Part shown: positions 18,023 through 26,563 of the stretch, in pieces
How the letters are laid out: every line of letters starts with the position of its first letter
Numbering within the stretch: the stretch's first letter is position 1
Source of the DNA: Collinsella sp.
GTDB lineage: Bacteria > Actinomycetota > Coriobacteriia > Coriobacteriales > Coriobacteriaceae
Assembly (NCBI GenBank): GCA_048428865.1
Contig: DBFOPP010000051.1
Coordinates: 1,302-65,301, forward strand
Direction: 5' to 3'
DNA: 64,000 nt
Program-made: the position numbers and the translations under genes
The notes under the pieces: model-generated
Database searches by the model: none
Told to the model about the DNA's origin: nothing
The model's input: the letters and a program-made list of their open reading frames with translations, nothing else

Positions 18023-18352
18023 CTATAACGCCGCAGCGATTGCTTCAGTCACAAACTTATTGAGTGACTCGCCCTTCTTTGCCGCTGCCAGCGCTGCTTG
18101 CTTGTGGAGCTCAGAGCCCGTTCTTACGTTGAACGACCCCTTAAAAGCCCGCTCGGGTTCCTTGCCCTTCTCGGCGCAAAACTCAAGGTAATCGTCGACG
18201 GCGTCGTGGAAACATTGCTCCACTTCTTCAGCCGTGGAGCCTTCAAATACGATTGCGTCCCTAATGCCGGTGACCATACCTGTTAGCACATGCTGTTCGG
18301 CATCGAACTCGACTGGGGCGAAATAACCCTTGTATGCCAAAACGTTACTCAT
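18023..18352 (-). CDS. hicB: Type II TA antitoxin HicB
   Basis: YKGY..VEFD, F..AVDDYLEFC...GKEPE..FKGSFNVR...ELH, ESLN (RHH); start overlaps hicA stop. Confidence 0.93.
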   Translation of the reverse strand: MSNVLAYKGYFAPVEFDAEQHVLTGMVTGIRDAIVFEGSTAEEVEQCFHDAVDDYLEFCAEKGKEPERAFKGSFNVRTGSELHKQAALAAAKKGESLNKFVTEAIAAAL

Positions 18353-18608
18353 GACTACCTCCGACATCTTGCAGAAATCGAACGATGTTTCGAATGGTCC
18401 TCGCTGTCAATTCGTCAGATGGATGTGGCGCGTGCATTACGAACATCCTGCCATCCGATGGCCTGTAGAAGCGAACGCGCGATCCGGATGTCTTGCCTTT
18501 GTTGTCCATTTCAAAGCCATATGAAGCCATGACTTTTAAAAAATCGGTATACCGATACGTCGAAGGGCAGCTAAGCAGCTGGGCGATGAGTTTATCGGTC
18601 CGCGTCAT
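18345..18608 (-). CDS. hicA: Type II TA toxin HicA
   Basis: GKTSGSRVRF...MHAPHP motif, 87 aa, upstream of hicB. Confidence 0.9.
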   Translation of the reverse strand: MTRTDKLIAQLLSCPSTYRYTDFLKVMASYGFEMDNKGKTSGSRVRFYRPSDGRMFVMHAPHPSDELTARTIRNIVRFLQDVGGSHE

Positions 18609-18622
18609 CCCGCCTCACATTC

Positions 18623-18643
18623 TGCAACTATATCCTAGTTGCA
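18623..18643. promoter_or_regulatory. Putative HicB operator
   Basis: Perfect IR tgcaacta-tatcc-tagttgca 15 bp upstream of the hicA start. Confidence 0.6.
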
Positions 18644-18674
18644 ATTTAAGTCCGATGCAAGCACCCCTACTATA

Positions 18675-18703
18675 GAACATGTGTACGTATAGAACAAGTG
18701 TTC
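18675..18703. promoter_or_regulatory. Tandem LexA (SOS/Cheo) boxes
   Basis: GAAC-atgt-GTAC (18675-18686) and perfect GAAC-aagt-GTTC (18692-18703). Confidence 0.6.
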
Positions 18704-18720
18704 GAACTAACACAAAGGCA

Positions 18721-18760
18721 CCTGTGAACTGCGCCCCTTTGTGATGGTTTGGGCTGAATG
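18721..18760 (+). repeat. Right direct repeat flanking hicAB
   Basis: cctgtgaactgcgccc-ctttgtgatggtttgggct; first 16 bp identical to 17978. Confidence 0.75.
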
Positions 18761-18829
18761 TTGCGCAACAAGGGCTGCATTTTTGGGTTTACCTTCATGG
18801 TGGAAGGAATGAACCGAAAGGAGCCCGCC

Positions 18830-20485
18830 ATGTTTTGTCGCTCGTGTGGCACGCCGCTTGTCGACGACGCCCTCTTTTGCCCCGTATGCGGTGCGCCCGT
18901 AGCACCCGACCAGGTCGCGGCCACACAGCAACCCCAGCCTGCCGCGCCCGCTCCTCAACAATACGTGCCCGTGCAACAGCCCGTGCGGCGCAAGCGTTCC
19001 AAGAAGCCCCTCATCGCTCTCGCCGCGGCACTTGTCGTGGCGGCGGGCATCGGCGGTGGCGCGCTGTTCTACTTCACCCAGGTAGCGGCCACCCCAATCG
19101 ACGAGAAAACCTTCCCTGACAGCGGCATGCGTGCGCTTGTCTCGACCAAATACGACACCAACGGTGACGGTCGCATCTCGCGCGACGAGGCCAAGGCGGT
19201 GACGTCGGTCGAGCTGGACAGCATCGCGTCGACGCAGGGCCTGGGCAAGACATTCCCCAATATCGTTACAGTGGAGTCCGGCGACGACAAACTCGTCAAC
19301 CTGGACCTCTCGGGCTGCGGAGACCTTAAGACCGTCGAGCTTAACTCGGCGAGCAACGTCACCGTCGTTAACCTGGACGGTTGCGACAACATCGAGAAGC
19401 TCGACCTCAAAAATGCCGAAAACCTTAAAAGCGTCGATCTTTCGGGCAAAAAGAAGCTCGCCACGTTGGAACTGCCGCAGGATACGAAGGTTAGCGGCAT
19501 TAAGGACACACAGCTCGACGAGCTGTGGCTGCCGGTGTCCTACGAGGGTACCGATAAATCGGACCAGTACGGCGATATCTACGAGATCGAGCGTGACGAG
19601 AACGGTTACGTCACGGGCTTCACGTCTGCCGTCAAGCAAGGTGGCGGCGTAAGTTACAGCGTCGAGCACGATGAGTCACATCGCATTTCGGAGATTGAGG
19701 AAGACCTGGCGGGCGGTTACGAGAACGTCAACACGTTTACGTACGACGCCGACGGTAACGTCACGCGCATCGACTGCGATGCCGACATGAGCGATTCGTC
19801 GAGCACCACGACGTTTACCTACGACGCGGACGGAAACCTGATCAATAAGACGACCCATGCGGGTTACGGTGAGAGCGCGAGCACGTATATTTATCAGGAC
19901 GGCAACATGGTGACCAACACCGATACCAGCCCGGCCAATCCTCGGACGGCCGTGTATTCGTACGGATACGACAAGGATCGCGTGACGTCCTTTACGCTGG
20001 ACTGCCAGGGCGACACGGTGGGAACTACGTGGACGATTACCGCGGGCTACGAGTATGACAAGGACGGCAACATTTCGCGTATCTCGCCTGTGGCATATGA
20101 CTCGCACGGCAACGATTACGGCTCGCTGAACTCGTATGCCGCGGTGGATTATTCGTACAGCAACGGCAAGCTCGACAGGATCGATTCCGAGCGCGGCGGC
20201 TATGCGGAGTTCTATTACGACGAGCACGGCAACCTGACGTCGGTCGACGAGTATGCCGGCCGCGGTTCGGATGCCGAGTTTGAGTTTGAGCACGAGGTCG
20301 AGTACCAGCGCTACTTCTGCAGCAAGCACGAGAAGAACAAGCCGGAGGAGTGGATTCGTCTGGATGCAGAGTACGACGTCGACCAGGGTAGCTGGAGCAA
20401 TGACTCCGATTATGGTCGTGAGTGCTTTGCAACCATGTACAAACTCGATCCACTGGCGGCCAGGCTGAACCCGTTCATCAAGTAG
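18830..20485 (+). CDS. Membrane-anchored zinc-ribbon / LRR / YD-repeat surface protein
   Basis: MFCRSCG..FCPVCG zinc ribbon, Pro/Gln linker, one TM helix, DTNGDGRISRDE, LRR-like LDLSGC repeats, several YDADGN/YDKDGN/YDEHGN repeats. Confidence 0.8.
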   Translation: MFCRSCGTPLVDDALFCPVCGAPVAPDQVAATQQPQPAAPAPQQYVPVQQPVRRKRSKKPLIALAAALVVAAGIGGGALFYFTQVAATPIDEKTFPDSGMRALVSTKYDTNGDGRISRDEAKAVTSVELDSIASTQGLGKTFPNIVTVESGDDKLVNLDLSGCGDLKTVELNSASNVTVVNLDGCDNIEKLDLKNAENLKSVDLSGKKKLATLELPQDTKVSGIKDTQLDELWLPVSYEGTDKSDQYGDIYEIERDENGYVTGFTSAVKQGGGVSYSVEHDESHRISEIEEDLAGGYENVNTFTYDADGNVTRIDCDADMSDSSSTTTFTYDADGNLINKTTHAGYGESASTYIYQDGNMVTNTDTSPANPRTAVYSYGYDKDRVTSFTLDCQGDTVGTTWTITAGYEYDKDGNISRISPVAYDSHGNDYGSLNSYAAVDYSYSNGKLDRIDSERGGYAEFYYDEHGNLTSVDEYAGRGSDAEFEFEHEVEYQRYFCSKHEKNKPEEWIRLDAEYDVDQGSWSNDSDYGRECFATMYKLDPLAARLNPFIK

Positions 20486-20497
20486 CGGCCCACTCGC

Positions 20498-20789
20498 AAA
20501 CCACCCAAAGGGGACAGACACCTTTGGGTGGTTTTTGCTGAAGGGCGGGCGTCTGCGGCGGTTTGTCTCGATCTGTAACAGTAACTCGGCATAAATGGGC
20601 CTAGCTGTTACAGATTGAGACAAAGAGCCGGCGCCATTCGGAAACGTCTCGATCTGTAACATCTGGAGCCGATATTGCCGCCTAGATGTTACAGATCGAG
20701 ACAAAACTGGTGGGACGGTCTGAGCTGGCCCTCCCAAGCGGCGGAAAAAGAAAAGGTAGATTTTAGGCATGTCCCAAAAATCTACCTTT
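20498..20789. repeat. Composite of four hairpins between convergent genes
   Basis: aaaccacccaaagg/cctttgggtggttt; two tandem gtctcgatctgtaaca...tgttacagat(c/t)gagac hairpins (20562-20624, 20646-20702); aaaggtagatttt/aaaatctaccttt. Confidence 0.85.
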
Positions 20790-20793
20790 GTGG

Positions 20794-23700
20794 TTAGCCC
20801 AGCAGGTCGACGACGTTAAAGCCGGCGTTGCTCTTGGCGATGACGTCGCGGCCGCCAAAGACGCAGGTGGGTGCGACGGCCGCAATACGCGTCACATCGG
20901 CGCCGAGCGAGCGAAGCTCAGCGGGCGTGGCCGCGAGCATCTGGGCGCGGCGCTCCTCGCGCGCGTGCGGATCGAGCCCAGCCAGGTAGGTCGTATTGCG
21001 GCGCTTGGTGAGCGCGTACGGCTTCACGGGCGCGTCCATGCCGCTCACGCAGCTCACGATAAAGCCCTCGAAGGCGGCCTCGTCGGGCTCAAAGCTGCCG
21101 AGCCATGCGCCCGCGCGTTCCATGCGCTCAATCGAAGGATCGACCGCCGGGTCGCGGTAGGTGTAGAACGCCGTCTGGCGCTCGCCGGCCGCGCGGAATC
21201 CGCATCCGTACGCACCGCCCTTCACGCGGATCTCGTTCCACAGGTAGTCGTAGGAGAGCGCGTTGGCGGCAACCGCCCAGGCGCCCGTCACGTCAATGCC
21301 CAGACGGCGCGGGTCGCACGCGCGCGCCGCAAAGCAGATGTCGCTGGGGATGACGAAAGCCTCGTGACGGTCGCGCGGCTCCGGCACCACGAGCGCGTTG
21401 CGGCCGGCATCGGCGCCGTCACCCGCGCCAAGCCCCAGGTCGCCCGCGGCATCCCAGTACGCGTCAAAGTCCTCGTCGCTGCCGGTAAAGCTCGCCATGC
21501 AGCCATCGGCCACAAAGATGTGGTCTGCCAGCTCGGCAAGCTTGGCGCGCAGGCCGTCCAGTCGCTCGTCAAAGTGCTCGAGCAGATCGCGCAGGAACAG
21601 GTAGAAGTCCACGCCCGAAAGCTGCTCGCGCACCACGGCCGAAGGCGAGCTGTAGCTCATCGCGCGACCCAGCGCCGCCGAGTGGCCGTTGTTGATAAAG
21701 CCCTGCTCAAGCCCAATGCGAATCTGCGTGAGCACGTCGCGCACGCGGTCGGCGTCAGCATCGAGCAACAGCGTGCTCGACCACACCTCGCGCGGCAGGC
21801 TCGCCAGCGCGTCGATCTTTTCGGACAGGGCGCCGGCGCTCACCAGCAGGTAGGGGCGCACGCCGTCCACGTCGGGCTGCGTCATGACCTCGGTCGTAAA
21901 GCTCAAGAAGCCCAGCTTGCCGGCGAGCAGGTTGTCGAGTTCCTCGGCCGAATGCTCGCGCGTAGGCAGCTGCTTGAGTAGGCGGCAGAGCAGCGTTACG
22001 TAGGGCAGGTCCTCAAATGCGGCGCAGCTCAGGTCGAAATACTGCATGGCGTAGGCCAGACGGTTGGTGGGGATGCCGTGGCGCAGGCAGGGGATAGGCG
22101 CAGTCGTATCCACGACCAGCGGCGGCTCGGAGCGCGCCTCGCCAATGTCGGAAACGTGCAGGCGCGGCAGCGTGGCCTTGGCCTCGGGCGTGTCCTCGGC
22201 TTCCTGCGCGGCACGCAGCGCGGCTGTGCGCTCGACCACGTCCGCCAGCTCGACATCGGTCATGGCATCGCGCTTTGCAGCCAGCTCGGCGGCCTCGGCA
22301 CCCTCCGCGCCCTCGGCGGCGTCCACCGGCACCAGCTCGACCAGCGCCATATGGTCGTTCTGGAGCACGAGCTCGCGCAGCAGGTCCTCAAAGTAGCTGC
22401 CGTCCAGCTCGCCGCGCAGCTCCTCATACACCGGGCCGTACTTGAGCGCCAGCGTCGCGGCGTCGTCATCGTAGAGCCAGGTGCTCAGCGCGTCGCACGC
22501 AATGGCCACGCCGTCGGCGATACCGTAGTCGCGCTGGCGCAGGTCGTATTCGTTGCTGCTGATGATGGCTTCCAGGCGCTCGCGCGGAACGCCGTGCTCG
22601 CACAGGTCGCGGCAGGCGTCCTGGAACACGCGGCGCAGCTCGCGCGCTACGCCGGGCTGTGCGTTTTGCAGCATGATGAGCTCGTAGGGCTGCAGGCTCT
22701 CGGCCGCGGTGTAGCTCACCACGTTGCCGCCCAGGCCGGCGGCCAGAATGGCCTTCTTAACTGGTGCCTCGTTGGAACCCAGCAGCGCCTCGAACAGGAT
22801 GTCCGCCGCGATCGTGCGCTTGCGGTCGAGCGCACTGCCCAGCACCAGGCCCAGGCCAACCAGGGCGTTTTCGGGCGTGGTGGCCATCTCGACGCGCTTA
22901 TAATCGCAGGTCACAGGCGCCTGCACGTCCAGCGGATTGGGCGCCAGCGCGGACGGGTCCTCGCCGGAGGCAACGGCCGCGTCCATGCGGCGGCTCGCGG
23001 CGCTCGGCTGCGACAGATAGTGCTCGTCCAAAAAGGCCAGCGCGCGGTCCACGTCCAGGTCGCCGTAGAGCGTGATGTAGGAGTTGGAAGGATTGTAGTG
23101 GCGCGCGTGCGTGTCCAGGAACTGCTCGTAGGTGAGCGCGGGAATTGCGCGCGGGTCGCCACCGCTCTCGTGCGCATAGGCGGTGTCGGGATAGAGCGCG
23201 GCGTTGACGGCGTCGTCCAGCACGCTCATGGGGTCGGACAGCGCGCCCTTCATCTCGTTGAACACTACGCCGTTATAGCGCAGTGTGCCCTTGCGCAGGC
23301 TCGCGGAGCTGTCGTCGCCCTCGCTCTCGGCGCCCTCCGGCAGGTCCAGCTCGTAGTGCCAGCCCTCCTGCTCAAAAATGGTGGGCTTGGTATAGATGGC
23401 CGGGTTGAACACCGCGTCCAGGTACACGTCCATAAGGTTGTACAGGTCCTGCTCGTTGGTGGTGGCAACGGGGTAGATGGTCTTGTCGGGGTAGGTCATG
23501 GCGTTGAGGAACGTCTGCATGGAGCTCTTGATCAGGTCGACAAACGGCTCCTTGACGGGAAACTTGGCCGATCCGCACAGCACCGAGTGCTCAAGAATAT
23601 GGAACACGCCGGTGGAATCGGCCGGCGGCGTCTTAAAGCCAATGGCAAAGGCCTTGTTTTCGTCGTCGCACGCCAGGTACAGCAGGCGAGCGCCCGAGGC

Positions 23701-23838
23701 GATGTGGCGCAGCACGTAGGCGTCCGAGTCGAGCTCGGGCACGGTCTCGCAGCGCTCGACGGCAAAGCCGTGGCAGGTGGTACCGGGTGCCAGCAGCGCG
23801 GCAGCAGCGGCGCGCGGATCGGTTGAGGTGGTGGGCAT
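20794..23838 (-). CDS. Insulinase-family M16C metallopeptidase (presequence protease-like)
   Basis: TGVFHILEHSVLCGS (HXXEH), FLNAMT, GVVFNEMKG, RVKGGAYG; start MPTTSTD after RBS aaggag. Confidence 0.93.
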   Translation of the reverse strand: MPTTSTDPRAAAAALLAPGTTCHGFAVERCETVPELDSDAYVLRHIASGARLLYLACDDENKAFAIGFKTPPADSTGVFHILEHSVLCGSAKFPVKEPFVDLIKSSMQTFLNAMTYPDKTIYPVATTNEQDLYNLMDVYLDAVFNPAIYTKPTIFEQEGWHYELDLPEGAESEGDDSSASLRKGTLRYNGVVFNEMKGALSDPMSVLDDAVNAALYPDTAYAHESGGDPRAIPALTYEQFLDTHARHYNPSNSYITLYGDLDVDRALAFLDEHYLSQPSAASRRMDAAVASGEDPSALAPNPLDVQAPVTCDYKRVEMATTPENALVGLGLVLGSALDRKRTIAADILFEALLGSNEAPVKKAILAAGLGGNVVSYTAAESLQPYELIMLQNAQPGVARELRRVFQDACRDLCEHGVPRERLEAIISSNEYDLRQRDYGIADGVAIACDALSTWLYDDDAATLALKYGPVYEELRGELDGSYFEDLLRELVLQNDHMALVELVPVDAAEGAEGAEAAELAAKRDAMTDVELADVVERTAALRAAQEAEDTPEAKATLPRLHVSDIGEARSEPPLVVDTTAPIPCLRHGIPTNRLAYAMQYFDLSCAAFEDLPYVTLLCRLLKQLPTREHSAEELDNLLAGKLGFLSFTTEVMTQPDVDGVRPYLLVSAGALSEKIDALASLPREVWSSTLLLDADADRVRDVLTQIRIGLEQGFINNGHSAALGRAMSYSSPSAVVREQLSGVDFYLFLRDLLEHFDERLDGLRAKLAELADHIFVADGCMASFTGSDEDFDAYWDAAGDLGLGAGDGADAGRNALVVPEPRDRHEAFVIPSDICFAARACDPRRLGIDVTGAWAVAANALSYDYLWNEIRVKGGAYGCGFRAAGERQTAFYTYRDPAVDPSIERMERAGAWLGSFEPDEAAFEGFIVSCVSGMDAPVKPYALTKRRNTTYLAGLDPHAREERRAQMLAATPAELRSLGADVTRIAAVAPTCVFGGRDVIAKSNAGFNVVDLLG

Positions 23839-23974
23839 ATGCAGTCTCCTTTGACGCCCCAGCGGGGGCGAATCGAGTCGAATCCTCGAGAGTATACCCA
23901 TATGGGGCCGCGGCTCTGCGGCGAACTGGAGACGATGCCAGCGGATTGGGTAAAGGCCCCGCGTGCCCGCCGCG

Positions 23975-24069
23975 CGAGCGTGGAAACTTGGACGCCTATC
24001 GAATGAGAGTGGATTTTCGGACGGAATCAGCCTCAAAACGCCCAAATACCGCCCAAAATCCACGCTCAT
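23975..24069 (+). repeat. GAGCGTGGA-family element, copy D (divergent)
   Basis: cgagcgtggaaacttggac...atgagagtggattttcggac...aaaatccacgctcat. Confidence 0.75.
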
Positions 24070-24082
24070 CCGCCGCCCGCAC

Positions 24083-24321
24083 ATCTCTCATCTCTCATTC
24101 GTCACGAATACGAGAGATAACAGAAAGACGAGAGATAAATATGAGAGATAACTGAGCAGCAAAGAGACAAGCAATCATGGTATTATCTCAATACCGATTG
24201 TTCTACCAGCAAAAACATGTTTATATGAAACAGATGGCAGACATCTTATCTTTTATCTCTCACTCATCTCTAATATGAGAGATAACAGAAAGATGAGAGA
24301 TAATTTCGAGAGATAACTGAG
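24083..24321. repeat. GAGAGATAA array (two ~45-bp blocks 165 bp apart plus inverted copies)
   Basis: gagagataa at 24112, 24130, 24143, 24277, 24295, 24308; inverted ttatctc at 24183 and 24253. Confidence 0.85.
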
Positions 24322-24378
24322 AGACGAGGGAAATCTATCCGCGGCATTCTCCGCAGGACCGAGCGAAAGGACGTGCAG

Positions 24379-25845
24379 ATGAACGAAAACGAGCTGACCG
24401 GTCTGCTTGAGTCTTTAAGGCGTATGGGCTCGGATGATCTTAACGTCGAAGTGAAGGAGAGCGCCACGACGCTTTCCCGCGACGTATGGGAAACGGTGAG
24501 CGCATTCGCGAACACTGCCGGCGGAACCATCGTGCTCGGAGTGAGTGAGCGCGCAGGTTTTGTCCCGGTTGAGAACTTCGAGACCGAGAAAGTGCTCAAC
24601 CAATTTGTGTCAGGCATGGGTGATGCGGGCGGTCGAGGAAAGCTGGCCAATCCGCCTAAATACACGATCGAGCGAGTGGAGCTTCAGGGCACCGTGGTTC
24701 TGGTCATCACGATTGAGGAGCTCGACCCGTCGAGCAAGCCTTGTTATGTCATAGAGCGGGGCGCCCAGGGCGGCAGCTACAAGCGCATCGATGACAAAGA
24801 TGTGCCGCTTTCATCGACCGAGGTGCTCGCATTGGCGTCATACGGTCGAGCGACTCCGAGCGATCGCGACGCGGTGGCGGGTGCGGGCGCGGACAATCTC
24901 GACGAGACGCTGGTCGACCGTACGATAGATCGGGCTTTCTCGTTGACGCCCCGGGCAATGCGCGGCGCGCCGGACAAACAAACGAAGCTGGAGCGCCTAA
25001 ATATCCTTGATTCCCAGGGCAATGTCACCAAGGCTGGACTCCTAGTTGTGGGCACCTACCCTCAGCAGTTCTATCCCAAGCTCTTCATTGACGTGGCTGT
25101 CCATGCGGGAACTCAGAAGGGCATGGCGGGGTCGCTGAGATTCATGGACCGCACAATCTGTGAGGGAACGTTGGGCGAGATGATCTCGGATGCCGTCGCA
25201 GCCGTCGCCAAGAATTTGCGGCGAACCTCGACCGTCCAAGGTGTCTCGCGTGTCGACTCGCTTGAGATTCCCGAGGAGGTTCTGCGCGAGGCAATCGCCA
25301 ACGCCGTAATCCATCGAGAATACGGGGATCGGTTCTGTGGACAATCGATTGCCGTCGACGTCTTTGACGATCGTGTCGAGGTGACGAATCCTGGCGGCCT
25401 TTACGGGGGAAAGACTCGCGAGAACTTGTTTGACGGCAGCTCCCGATGCCGTAACGCGACGCTCGTGAAACTCATGTCGATTGTCCCGCTGCCGGATGGC
25501 GCAGGTTCGCCGGCTGAGGGCAATGGCTCGGGCATCCCGATGATGATCGATGCCATGCGCGCGCATGGTCTGGCCGAGCCCCTGTTCTGCCCGGGGTTCG
25601 ATCGGTTCAAGGTCGTACTTTACCGTTCAAAGATCGAGCCGATCGATCATGGCGGGGGCTTAATTGTGGCGGCACTCAAACACTACGGCGAGCTGGGGAC
25701 GCGTGAGCTGGCAGAACGCACGGGGCTTACAATTTCCCAGGTTAGGTCGCGCGTCAACGCGCTCATTGCTCAAGGCGAGCTTGAGCCCACGGCGCCGTCG
25801 ACGAGCCGCAACCGCAAGTATCGACTGTCAGAGCGCGTGGAATAA
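24379..25845 (+). CDS. AlbA_2 (Schlafen-like) + HATPase_c_4 + C-terminal HTH protein
   Basis: VEVKE...SAFANTAGGTIVLGV; LREAIANAVIHREY, DRVEVTNPGGL, GSGIP; C-terminal TRELAERTGLT HTH. Confidence 0.88.
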   Translation: MNENELTGLLESLRRMGSDDLNVEVKESATTLSRDVWETVSAFANTAGGTIVLGVSERAGFVPVENFETEKVLNQFVSGMGDAGGRGKLANPPKYTIERVELQGTVVLVITIEELDPSSKPCYVIERGAQGGSYKRIDDKDVPLSSTEVLALASYGRATPSDRDAVAGAGADNLDETLVDRTIDRAFSLTPRAMRGAPDKQTKLERLNILDSQGNVTKAGLLVVGTYPQQFYPKLFIDVAVHAGTQKGMAGSLRFMDRTICEGTLGEMISDAVAAVAKNLRRTSTVQGVSRVDSLEIPEEVLREAIANAVIHREYGDRFCGQSIAVDVFDDRVEVTNPGGLYGGKTRENLFDGSSRCRNATLVKLMSIVPLPDGAGSPAEGNGSGIPMMIDAMRAHGLAEPLFCPGFDRFKVVLYRSKIEPIDHGGGLIVAALKHYGELGTRELAERTGLTISQVRSRVNALIAQGELEPTAPSTSRNRKYRLSERVE

Positions 25846-25945
25846 ATGCGTTAGTGGACGAGGCGACCCAATAATCGACCCTCAATTGGCGTCCACTAAG
25901 GTAAAGCGGTTGTTGCTCAGTCGACGGTGATGCTAAAGACTCGGC

Positions 25946-26437
25946 TTACGCCGGCATGGCCCCGAACCCGTCCATCAAGAACAGCCTAAGAACCAGCTTG
26001 ATGACATTTCCCGGTTTGACTTCTGCCGCGTCAAAGACGTGGCGCTCGGCGAGCTCGCTGCAGTATGCATAGATGTCGCGGATAAGGTCCGCGCCCGAGA
26101 GCGTAAACATGTAGCCTGCGTCCGAAAGCGTATTGGGCGCGGCGGGCAATTTGGTCATGCGACAAAAGGTCAACAGGTCGGGCGCCATAGCGTCCTGGTA
26201 GCCAAGATGGCTGCCGTCTTCTTGTGCGACGAGTTCCAGCTGGCGTACTCGATTCAGCGCCGCTGCCAGCACAAAGCTCGGTGTGGGAGCATTGACGTCC
26301 TCCGTGCTCGCCACGAGTCTGCCTGCTGCCTGCGTGACAAGCCAAGCGACCTCGCGCTGGCAACGCACGGCCTTGCGCGTAACCGGCTTGATGGACGAAG
26401 AAGAAACGCTTCCCTTAGGCGGATTCGAAACAGCCAC
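25946..26437 (-). CDS. Hypothetical protein
   Basis: 163-aa ORF with GTG start after RBS ggagg; no recognised motif. Confidence 0.6.
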   Translation of the reverse strand: MAVSNPPKGSVSSSSIKPVTRKAVRCQREVAWLVTQAAGRLVASTEDVNAPTPSFVLAAALNRVRQLELVAQEDGSHLGYQDAMAPDLLTFCRMTKLPAAPNTLSDAGYMFTLSGADLIRDIYAYCSELAERHVFDAAEVKPGNVIKLVLRLFLMDGFGAMPA

Positions 26438-26563
26438 AAGAACCTCCCATGAACGACCCGGCCCAACAAGCCCGGATGAAACACGTGCTACATCAGTATA
26501 CAGGGAAGTGGGATGGAAAAAACGGAGTCGACAGCGTGAACTGCCGGCTCCTGATTGCTTGCC

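Noticed and set aside
18830..20485. RHS polymorphic toxin
   Set aside because: No DPxG RHS-core motif, toxin domain or immunity gene
24083..24321. GAGAGATAA array as CRISPR or a coding repeat
   Set aside because: 9-bp units with 4-9 bp gaps; no unique spacers and no credible ORF
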